From IMG/VR virus record IMGVR_UViG_3300033066_002255: a DNA stretch of 64,000 bases, one strand, 5' to 3'. How positions within the stretch are numbered: position 1 is the stretch's first letter; the number at the start of each line of letters is the position of its first letter. Shown here one piece after another: positions 56,151 to 64,000 of the stretch. Position numbers and translations under genes: made by a program. The stretch is from a virus (lineage: Duplodnaviria > Caudoviricetes). A model generated the notes under the pieces. The model saw only the letters and a list, made by a program, of their open reading frames with translations, made no database searches and was not told the DNA's origin.

Positions 56151-57160
56151 TGGAAGAGGAAAATTCTATACAACAAGAATTATCCAATTTAAAAAAAGAA
56201 TTTGCAGAGTTTAAAGAAGAGTTTAAAAAGATTTCTGAATTAAATCTTAGAGAAGCTAATCGCAAAATATCAGAAAGGCCTTTTGGAATGTTATATTTAC
56301 CGTCCAAAGGCCTTTTTTATAAAAACAAAAACAATTATCTTTTAATTGGGTATTTAACTTATTTCGAAGAAAGTATTCTTACAAGTGAAATGATGCAAGA
56401 ATCTAATATTGCTATGCCTATAATTCTTGAAAAAGTCATTATGAATAATGATTTTGATATTAAGGAAATATTGGCTTGTGACGTACAAGCTATATCAATG
56501 TTCTTGAGAGCTTTTGCATATGGAGATTCTATTGAAGTAGAATTAGAATGCCCGCATTGTAATAAAAAAGATTCTCATAAAATAAGAATATCAAGCTTTA
56601 AATCTAAAGATTTAGAAATAGAACCTAATTCAGAAGGAGAGTTTGAGTTGATTACGCCAATATATAATAAACACATAAAAGTAAAACCTAAAACATATTT
56701 TGAAGAATTAACTCACAATAAGAAGGGTAAAAAAAATATTGATGATATGTGTTTTTATCTGTCTGAATTTGAAGGAGAGAGAGATAAAAGAAAAATTAAA
56801 CAAAAATTACTTGAATTAAAATTGCTTGAATCAAGAGATGTAAGAAAAACAATTTTTGAAAATCTTCCAGGTATTGACACAACAGTTTCATGTGAGTGCA
56901 TGTTTTGTGATAAGGAAATAAAAGTTAATTTTGGTAGTAACGGAGCTGATTTTTTGAAATTACCAGCATCTTTAATAAATGGAATTTTAGAGGAAATTTT
57001 TTTACTAACTCATTATGGCGAGAATATAACTGTAAATGATGCAAAAAAACTTCCTGTATCAGAAAGAAGATGGTTAATTAATAGATTAAGCGAAGAATTA
57101 GAAAAAAAGAAAAAAGCAGAAGAATCAGCTGTTAGAAGTGCTAAGTCTAAACGAAAATAA
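56150..57160 (+). CDS. Second gp26-like paralog fused to a gp51-like C-terminal module
   Basis: LPSKG.FY, LT..EE.IL, two CxxC, PGID; then EEIF.L..Y...LP..ERRW.I.RL. Confidence 0.7.
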   Translation: MEEENSIQQELSNLKKEFAEFKEEFKKISELNLREANRKISERPFGMLYLPSKGLFYKNKNNYLLIGYLTYFEESILTSEMMQESNIAMPIILEKVIMNNDFDIKEILACDVQAISMFLRAFAYGDSIEVELECPHCNKKDSHKIRISSFKSKDLEIEPNSEGEFELITPIYNKHIKVKPKTYFEELTHNKKGKKNIDDMCFYLSEFEGERDKRKIKQKLLELKLLESRDVRKTIFENLPGIDTTVSCECMFCDKEIKVNFGSNGADFLKLPASLINGILEEIFLLTHYGENITVNDAKKLPVSERRWLINRLSEELEKKKKAEESAVRSAKSKRK

Positions 57161-57193
57161 TAAAATTTATCCTATTTATTACAATATAGGAAA

Positions 57194-58102
57194 ATGGATT
57201 TTTTAAGTGAACATAATAAACAAACTCAAATAAATGAAGGTTTATTTGATAGAATATTGAAAAGAAATCCAGTACAGCAAGCTACTGAACCTGAGGAGGT
57301 AACTCCAGAAGAGCCTAAAAAGGTAGTAAAGAAAAATCCTCCTCAATTTAAGAGCAATAAAATATATTCATTTAATATGAATAAAGTGCCAGTTCTTAAT
57401 CTTCAGGATTTAGGTAAAATCTATTTAAGCTTTAAATCTCCTGATGATTTTTCAATGTTCCAAAGAATATTACAATTTATAAAAAGAGGTTTTCTTGAAA
57501 ATGATTTAAATACTTTACAGAAGGCTATTAAATATGGAGAAGTAGATGGATATGGACCATATCAATATTTAAGTTCTATTTTCAGTTCTCCTGGAAATAA
57601 TATTAGTAAAATATTGCCAGGTCAGCCTTACCGTTATGGAAGAAAAATATCAGAAGCTGCTGGAGATATTAATTTTACAATGCCTAAAAATTCAACTTTA
57701 AGAAATCCTTCAACAGAAATTCCAGAAAGATATACAACTTTAGAGTCTATGAAGAGACTTGAAATGTTTATTAAATATTTTGTTGAAAATATTGTAGATG
57801 AAAAAGGAGCTCCTAATATTGCTGTAAGAAATTTAATTACAAATAAATTAAAAGAGATACTAGGCACCAATAAAGTTCAAAATACTAATCCTCAGACAAA
57901 ACCTAGCTCAAAGGTGCAAACTGAACCTGGTACTCAAAAACAAGATATTGTTGGAGGCGAAGAAACAGGAGAGGAAAATATAACAAATAGCCCTGAAGAA
58001 AAAGCTCAGTCAGCATTAAGCATGTTGCAAAAGCAAGCTCAAGGTAAAAATAAAAAGAATATTCAAAAAGAAATTAGAGATTTATTGAGAGATAATTTTT
58101 AA
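57194..58102 (+). CDS. Hypothetical late protein
   Basis: TATTTAT at 57173; INEGLFD N-terminus. Confidence 0.65.
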   Translation: MDFLSEHNKQTQINEGLFDRILKRNPVQQATEPEEVTPEEPKKVVKKNPPQFKSNKIYSFNMNKVPVLNLQDLGKIYLSFKSPDDFSMFQRILQFIKRGFLENDLNTLQKAIKYGEVDGYGPYQYLSSIFSSPGNNISKILPGQPYRYGRKISEAAGDINFTMPKNSTLRNPSTEIPERYTTLESMKRLEMFIKYFVENIVDEKGAPNIAVRNLITNKLKEILGTNKVQNTNPQTKPSSKVQTEPGTQKQDIVGGEETGEENITNSPEEKAQSALSMLQKQAQGKNKKNIQKEIRDLLRDNF

Positions 58103-58104
58103 TT

Positions 58105-58130
58105 TGAAACCTTTTTTAAATAATAACGTA
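58105..58130 (+). promoter_or_regulatory. ECF-sigma-type promoter
   Basis: TGAAAC-N16-CGTA, 18 nt before ATG 58149. Confidence 0.5.
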
Positions 58131-58148
58131 TAATAATAAAAAAACGTT

Positions 58149-58802
58149 ATGAAAACTAATAGCGCAAAAAATATAAAATTAGTAGAAGATGGCAAAAAAG
58201 CAATTGATAGTGCTATTTCTATAATTCAAAAAACTAAAGTAATAGAAAGTGCTTGGTGGAGATTGCGTAAATTAGCTACTGGCATTTTTATGTTTTCTTT
58301 TGCAGCTTTTTTCTGTACTCAATATAGAGGTTATCAAAAAACTCATATTGATAATTATATAATTAATAATTGGCTATCATTTGTAGATAAAGACTTTGCT
58401 AAAGGTTTAATTGGATTTATTGGATGGATATTAGCTGGAGTTGCAATTTTATGGGTTGTTAGAGGTATTAATAAGGCATCTACTTTCTCATTTTATGTAG
58501 AAGATATAGATAATCCAGAACCTATTTTATCTCAATTAAAAAGAGCTATCTTAGAACCTTCAACTTCTTATTCAAATTCAAGATATAATAATATAGAAAC
58601 TTTAATTTCGTATAGAGATAGTAAGTTAGCTACTTTGACTTATGAGCAAAAAGCTGATTTAATGAGACATACTGCTTTTTTAGATGCAGCAAAATCTGGA
58701 GTTTACACTGGAAAAAATGCCAAAGAAGCTATTTCTTACATGAATTCAAAATTAGGAGCAAAAACATTTGAAGGAGGTCTTGATTATATTTCTGGAAAGT
58801 AA
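58149..58802 (+). CDS. Two-TM membrane protein
   Basis: Hydrophobic segments LATGIFMFSFAAFFC and GLIGFIGWILAGVAILWVV. Confidence 0.7.
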   Translation: MKTNSAKNIKLVEDGKKAIDSAISIIQKTKVIESAWWRLRKLATGIFMFSFAAFFCTQYRGYQKTHIDNYIINNWLSFVDKDFAKGLIGFIGWILAGVAILWVVRGINKASTFSFYVEDIDNPEPILSQLKRAILEPSTSYSNSRYNNIETLISYRDSKLATLTYEQKADLMRHTAFLDAAKSGVYTGKNAKEAISYMNSKLGAKTFEGGLDYISGK

Positions 58803-58825
58803 TATTTTTTATTATAATAAACTAT

Positions 58826-58859
58826 AAAAACTACATAGTAATATATGTAGTTTTTTTTT
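58826..58859 (+). terminator. Intrinsic terminator
   Basis: AAAAACTACATA-GTAATA-TATGTAGTTTTTTTTT. Confidence 0.8.
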
Positions 58860-58884
58860 GCACTTATTTATAATAAAAATGTAA

Positions 58885-61800
58885 ATGGCTAAGGCAGACG
58901 ATGAATATAAAAAGGCTCTAAAAAATGTTGAAAATTTAATCAAAAAACAGGAGCAAGCTAAAAAATCCGTAGAGTCTCTTAAGGATTCTTGGAGTGCTAT
59001 TTCATCTGAATTATTTAAAATTGATGGAGCTGCATTTTTTAAAGAGGTTCCTAAAAGTAGAAAAGAACTTGAACAGATTGGTAAGAATATTACCGAAATG
59101 AGAGATGAATTTGATAAATTAGGAGATTCAGCGTCTCAAGCAATTAATCAAAGTAAAAATATAAATGCATTTAAAGATGGAATTACAACAGCTTTTTTAA
59201 AAGCTCAAGATTCTATGAATGCATATTCAACTGCTTATAAAAATAGCCTAACAGAACAATTAGGTAAAATTCAACAGCAAAGAGGAGAGTTATCTCATAT
59301 AGTAAAATCTGAACAAGATTTAGAGAGAATTCTTAAAGATAGAAGTAATTTAACAGCAGAGCAAATAAAAGAACTTGAGCATTTTGAAGATTTCTTTAAG
59401 ACAAGAGATAAATATGAACTTGCTCAAGAAGAATATAATAAATTAGCAAATAAAGCATTAAAAGAACAGGGTATAGATGCTGGAGTTCTTGCAAGCCTTG
59501 ACGAAAAAGCTATTCAGAATGTTGTTGAAAAAATTGCAAAAGGGCAAGATTTAAATGAGATTCTAAAAGAATCTACAATAGAGGAAAAAAAATTCATAAA
59601 AGAATTGGCTGCTGGAGATGAAGAACTTCAGGCTACAATAGAAAGTATGATTAAGCTTGAATCTGGTATAGCTAATGCATCTGCTTCTGCAAAAGAAATG
59701 AGTAGAAGTTTTGATATGAGTAAAGCCATTGATTCTTTAACTAAAAATTTAAGAACAAAATTATTAGGTTCTATTACTCAATTTGATGATACTCTTAATG
59801 ATGTTCAAAAAAGAACTTCTATTAATATGGATGAAAACTCTCAAGCTTTTAGTAGGTTAACTGTAAAAGCGGCTGAGTTTGGAGTTAGTGTTGAGCAAGC
59901 AGGTGAATTAATGGCTAATATGTCTAATGAACTTAATACGACAGATTTTAATGTTTTATCAAAAGCTGCAGAAGATTTTATGGCCATTGAAGGAGCTACT
60001 GGTGCTGCTTCAGGAGATATAACTACTATAGCAGGTGAAATGATGCGTATGGGTGCAAGTTCTGCTCAAGTTAAAGAATCAATGGGAGAAGCTGATAAAT
60101 TAGCTAGACAATTTGGAGTTAGTTCTGCTAAAGTAATTAATGGAATTAGTAAGAACATTAAAAAAATGAGAGAAATGGGCTTTACTGGAGGTGAAAAGTC
60201 ATTAATAAAAATGGCTGCAACTGCAGAAAGACTTAAAATGAATATGGATGAAACCTTTGATATGGCTAAGCGAGCAAGGTCAATTGAAGGCGCCTTAGAT
60301 ATGGCTGCTGAATTACAATTGGCAGGTGGTTCTTTTTCTAATATAAATCCAATGGATTTATTGTCTGCAGCGAGAAAAGGACCAGAAGAACTTCAGAAAA
60401 TATTAACCAAAATGGGCTCTGATATTGGTAAATTTGATGAAAAAACGGGACAATTTCAATTTGACCCAGTTGATGTAGATAGATTACAAATGGTTTCCGA
60501 AGCTACAGGTCAATCAATGGAGTCTCTTCAAAATATGATTAAAACAAATGCTGAAGACGCTAAGAAGATAGACCCTTTCAAAGGGATGCTTGATAATTTA
60601 GATGCTGCTGACCAAGAGTTAACAAAGTCTGGATTAAGTCAAATGCTTAAGGTGGGAGAAGGTGGAAAAATTGAACTTGATGCAAGTAGCGATATGGCTA
60701 AGAGAATGGGTATTGATAGTTTGGAAGAATTACAATCCATGAGCGGAGAGCAATTGAAGGAGAAGATGAATGCTGACCAAAAAACGTTAGAAGAGCAAAA
60801 TAAGAAAAATCAATCAATGTCTAAGTCTTTAGATAATTTGATGAATTCCTTAGCTTCTCTTGCTACGATATTTCAACCTGTGATTGAAGTATTAACTACT
60901 TTTATACAAGGTGTTACTTCTGCTTTTCAGTGGGTTTATGGTTTTTTAGATAAACTTGGATGGTTTGGAACTATTATGAAATGGGCCATACCAGCTTTAT
61001 TATTATTTGGAACATCTTTTGGTTCTAGTGTTATGACATTTGTAAAAGATGGTATGAGTAAAATGGCAGGAGGTCTTAAATCAATGTTGCCTGGAAAAGG
61101 AGGTGGTGGGACTACAGATTTAGCAAGTGGAGCTAAAGGGCCAGCAGAAGGAGTAAATGGAGGATTGAAAGGTCTTGCTGATGGTCTTAAATCTATGGGC
61201 AAGGATTTTGGGGATGTTATGAAAGGTATTTTAGCTGTTGCTGCTGCTGGTCCAGCATTCTTATTGTTTGTTCCTGCATTGCCTGGATTATTAGTATTAG
61301 GTCTTATTGGCTCTATGGCTAAGGCTGTTACTGCAGGGTTTGAAGCTATTGCTGCTGGTTTAACAAAAATGGGACAAGATTCGAGTGTCTTTAAAGGTAT
61401 TTTGGCTACAGGATTAGCAGGTATAGCTTTATTAGCATTTACACCTGCAATACCAGGCATATTGGCTATGGCATTAGTAGGTGCTATGGCACCTCTTGTA
61501 ACAGCTGGTTTTAGTGCTGTCTCAAATGGTCTTGGTATGATGGGACAAAATTTTGGCAATATTCTTAAGGGCTCTTTAGCTATAGCTTTAGTAGGTTTAG
61601 CAATTATACCTTTTGTATTAGCTGCAAACATTATGTCTGGAGTTGATTGGGTTTCTGTTTTAGCTGGAGTAGGAGTTATGGCTTTAGTTGTTCTTGGATT
61701 AATGGGAATTGGTCTACTTATGGCTGGTCCTCAAATGTTATTATTGTTACTAGGAGTTGGAACTTTAATAATGGTTGGAGCATCTTTATTGATAGCTGCA

Positions 61801-62316
61801 GGAGGATTGTTGCTTGCAGCAAATGCATTTCAATCTTTAGGAGCTGTTGATTGGGGAGCGTTCTCTCAAATGGGAGCAGCCTTAGGAGCAGTTGTTCCAG
61901 GTATGTTAGGTTTTTCTCTTGCCGCTATGTTATTTGCTAATCCAATTTCACTTCTTGGGTTAATATTCATGACATCAGCATTGGGAGGCTTAGTTTCTGT
62001 GATGGCGCCATTAGCAGAATCTCTTACTTTAGGAGCTGATTCATTAGATAAATTTGCTTCTGGACTTGAGAAATTAGGGGAGGCTGCAAATAAATTAAGT
62101 GTTGAAAAATTAGAACAACTTAAAGAACTTTCAGAATCATTGGCTGGTGCTTCAGCTGGAGGAGCTCTTGCTTCAGCTATGGCTAATGCAGCTAATGCTA
62201 TAGGCGGAGGTGGAAAAGGAGGAGATGGAGAAGTTAGAAAAATAGAGGTCAATGTGAAATTAAATGGAAGAGAACTTCAGAATTTTATTGTAAAAGATAC
62301 TGCTATTATAAAATAA
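58885..62316 (+). CDS. Tail tape measure protein
   Basis: 1143 aa; helical N-half, Ala/Gly/Leu hydrophobic C-half; ends VNVKLNGREL; downstream of gp26-like genes. Confidence 0.85.
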   Translation: MAKADDEYKKALKNVENLIKKQEQAKKSVESLKDSWSAISSELFKIDGAAFFKEVPKSRKELEQIGKNITEMRDEFDKLGDSASQAINQSKNINAFKDGITTAFLKAQDSMNAYSTAYKNSLTEQLGKIQQQRGELSHIVKSEQDLERILKDRSNLTAEQIKELEHFEDFFKTRDKYELAQEEYNKLANKALKEQGIDAGVLASLDEKAIQNVVEKIAKGQDLNEILKESTIEEKKFIKELAAGDEELQATIESMIKLESGIANASASAKEMSRSFDMSKAIDSLTKNLRTKLLGSITQFDDTLNDVQKRTSINMDENSQAFSRLTVKAAEFGVSVEQAGELMANMSNELNTTDFNVLSKAAEDFMAIEGATGAASGDITTIAGEMMRMGASSAQVKESMGEADKLARQFGVSSAKVINGISKNIKKMREMGFTGGEKSLIKMAATAERLKMNMDETFDMAKRARSIEGALDMAAELQLAGGSFSNINPMDLLSAARKGPEELQKILTKMGSDIGKFDEKTGQFQFDPVDVDRLQMVSEATGQSMESLQNMIKTNAEDAKKIDPFKGMLDNLDAADQELTKSGLSQMLKVGEGGKIELDASSDMAKRMGIDSLEELQSMSGEQLKEKMNADQKTLEEQNKKNQSMSKSLDNLMNSLASLATIFQPVIEVLTTFIQGVTSAFQWVYGFLDKLGWFGTIMKWAIPALLLFGTSFGSSVMTFVKDGMSKMAGGLKSMLPGKGGGGTTDLASGAKGPAEGVNGGLKGLADGLKSMGKDFGDVMKGILAVAAAGPAFLLFVPALPGLLVLGLIGSMAKAVTAGFEAIAAGLTKMGQDSSVFKGILATGLAGIALLAFTPAIPGILAMALVGAMAPLVTAGFSAVSNGLGMMGQNFGNILKGSLAIALVGLAIIPFVLAANIMSGVDWVSVLAGVGVMALVVLGLMGIGLLMAGPQMLLLLLGVGTLIMVGASLLIAAGGLLLAANAFQSLGAVDWGAFSQMGAALGAVVPGMLGFSLAAMLFANPISLLGLIFMTSALGGLVSVMAPLAESLTLGADSLDKFASGLEKLGEAANKLSVEKLEQLKELSESLAGASAGGALASAMANAANAIGGGGKGGDGEVRKIEVNVKLNGRELQNFIVKDTAIIK

Positions 62317-62332
62317 TGCTTTTTTAAAAGAT

Positions 62333-62362
62333 AAAATCCACCTAAAACAGGTGGATTTTTTT
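62333..62362 (+). terminator. Intrinsic terminator
   Basis: AAAATCCACCT-AAAAC-AGGTGGATTTTTTT. Confidence 0.85.
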
Positions 62363-62396
62363 ATGCAATATATTTATATTAAACAGTTAATCTATA

Positions 62397-64000
62397 ATGA
62401 GAGTTTTTGACGATAATAACGAAAGAGAAAGAGCAGAAGAAAGCCTAAGATATTTTTATGAGGAATTTTCTGCTGGAATTAAAAAGCAGCTTTTAAGTAA
62501 GAACTTAATTGCTCCACAAAATGTTTATGATGTTCTTTATCCAAGAACAAGAGAAGCTTTATTGATTAAAAATACTCCAAAAGTAACTGATTTAGATGAA
62601 AATTCTAAAGCAATAAGAGATGCTTTGGTTGCTAAGATAATAGAATCTAATATTGATTTAGAGCAAGTAAGCGAAAGTGTTAGAAAATCATTAATAGCTA
62701 AAAATAAAATCATACAAGAATCTAATGATTTATTAAATAGTTCATATAATATTAGAAAAAATCTTTTATCAAAAAACACTTCAAGTGATTCTGATTTATT
62801 AAAAGATTCTGAAATTTATAAAAGAAACAATCTTTCTAATAATAATGAAAATATAAGTTTACAAAAAAATTTAGATGCTATTAATGATTCTTTTAGAGAA
62901 AATAATCTTTCCAAGAATACAGATAAAGGAGGAGATTTATTAGAAGATTCTAATCAATTTAGAGATAATAATTTAAATAAAAATGTAGATTCTAATTTTG
63001 ATTTAGAAAAAAATTCTTCTCAATTTAGAGATAATAATTTAAATAAAAATGTAGATAAAAAAAATACAGATTTAGAAGAAATAGCAAACGTAGAAAGAGC
63101 TAAAGCTCAAGCAAAAAATAATACAAGTGATAGTACTGAAGAAAAAACATTAGAAGATTCTCAAAAAATTAGAGAAAAGTTATTGTCTAAAAACAATACA
63201 GAATCAACAAATATTGATACTAATTCTAAAGACTTTAGAGATAATAATTTAAATAAAAATACTTCTAAAGAAATTGACTTAGAAAAAGATTCAAAAAACT
63301 ATTTAAAAAATAATGTGTCTGCAAACAAACCAGATACAGGGGATTTGTTATCTGATTCAGAAACTTACTTAAAGAATAATACATCTGCTAACAAACCAGA
63401 TGTAGGCGACTTATTAATTGATTCAGAAACTTATTTAAAAAATAATATATCAGCTAATAAATCTGAAAGTATAAACTTAGAAGATTTAGAGGCTCAATTT
63501 AGAAAAAAGAACCTTTCTCAAAATGAAAATTCATCCAAGGACCTTACACAAGATTCAGATACTTTCAGAAAAAATAACTTATCAAATAATAAACCTAACA
63601 ATTCAGATTTACTATCTGATTCAGAGACTTACTTAAAAAATAATACATCTGCTAACAAACCAGATGGAGGAGATTTATTATCTGATTCAGAGACTTTTTT
63701 AAAGAATAACACATCTGCTAATAAACCAGATACAGGCGACTTATTAGCTGATTCTAAAAATTTTTTAAAGAATAACACATCTACAAATAAACCAGATACA
63801 GGTGATTTAGAAAAAGATTCTTCTCAATTTAGAGATAATAATACATCTCCAAATAAGCCAGATACAGGCGACTTATTAACTGATTCAGAAACTTATTTAA
63901 AGAATAATACATCTCCAAATAAGCCAGATACAGGCGACTTATTAACTGATTCAGAGACTTATTTAAAGAATAATACATCTCCAAATAAACCAGATACAGG
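62397..64000 (+). CDS. Large repeat-containing protein (partial, runs off the window; not in track)
   Basis: ATG 62397 after TATTTAT at 62371; MRVFDDNNERE...; about 22-aa repeats DL..DS....KNN.S.N. Confidence 0.75.
   Translation, partial: MRVFDDNNERERAEESLRYFYEEFSAGIKKQLLSKNLIAPQNVYDVLYPRTREALLIKNTPKVTDLDENSKAIRDALVAKIIESNIDLEQVSESVRKSLIAKNKIIQESNDLLNSSYNIRKNLLSKNTSSDSDLLKDSEIYKRNNLSNNNENISLQKNLDAINDSFRENNLSKNTDKGGDLLEDSNQFRDNNLNKNVDSNFDLEKNSSQFRDNNLNKNVDKKNTDLEEIANVERAKAQAKNNTSDSTEEKTLEDSQKIREKLLSKNNTESTNIDTNSKDFRDNNLNKNTSKEIDLEKDSKNYLKNNVSANKPDTGDLLSDSETYLKNNTSANKPDVGDLLIDSETYLKNNISANKSESINLEDLEAQFRKKNLSQNENSSKDLTQDSDTFRKNNLSNNKPNNSDLLSDSETYLKNNTSANKPDGGDLLSDSETFLKNNTSANKPDTGDLLADSKNFLKNNTSTNKPDTGDLEKDSSQFRDNNTSPNKPDTGDLLTDSETYLKNNTSPNKPDTGDLLTDSETYLKNNTSPNKPDT
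63270..64000 (+). repeat. 66-nt coding tandem repeat (22 aa, DLLxDSETYLKNNTSxNKPDTG)
   Basis: AATAAGCCAGATACAGGCGACTTATTAACTGATTCAGA at 63852 and 63918, period 66. Confidence 0.9.

Noticed and set aside
60936-62252. Antisense ORFs 60936..61631 and 61866..62252 (also 21435..21977, 47805..48032 and other short track ORFs overlapping long genes)
   Set aside because: Shadow frames of Ala/Gly-rich or codon-biased genes; no promoter or recognisable motifs.
63270-64000. CRISPR array
   Set aside because: Units are contiguous 66-nt in-frame coding repeats with no unique spacers.
1-64000. Alternative genetic code (stop-codon reassignment)
   Set aside because: Conserved genes are full length in code 11, coding density is high, and TAG (rnhA) and TGA (portal, dnaE) end genes at plausible positions.
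1-64000. tRNA/rRNA genes, integrase or transposase
   Set aside because: No cloverleaf with a T-loop consensus was found in the short intergenic spaces, and no recombinase motifs in the ORFs. This was a manual check only.

Overview
This 64 kb window is a very AT-rich segment of a large tailed dsDNA phage genome with T4-like morphogenesis genes (myovirus). Recognisable virion genes are the prohead protease, scaffold, major capsid, neck, tail terminator, sheath, tube, terminase, portal, two gp26-like proteins and the tape measure. Non-structural genes include a 9 kb glycan-synthesis operon (GDP-fucose synthase, GT11, GT10-GT2, GT2s, three methyltransferases), PhoH, a vWA protein, APRT plus an HD hydrolase, DnaE and RNase HI. 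The host is probably Bacteroidota: there are four exact TTTG-N19/20-TAnnTTTG promoters and A-rich leaders without Shine-Dalgarno sequences. A TATTTAT element precedes about 25 late/structural genes. Three observations stand out. (1) A hydrophobic-[ST]-[GA]-x-[TS] motif is densely repeated in many unrelated virion-surface proteins, near a fucosyl/O-methyl glycan operon, suggesting a virion glycosylation system. (2) A GC-rich, structured, ORF-free element of about 240 nt at 29.14-29.38 kb has its own antisense host-type promoter. (3) Shared N- and C-terminal peptide motifs on head-associated proteins may be capsid-targeting signals. All product calls come from motif recognition by eye; no searches were run.
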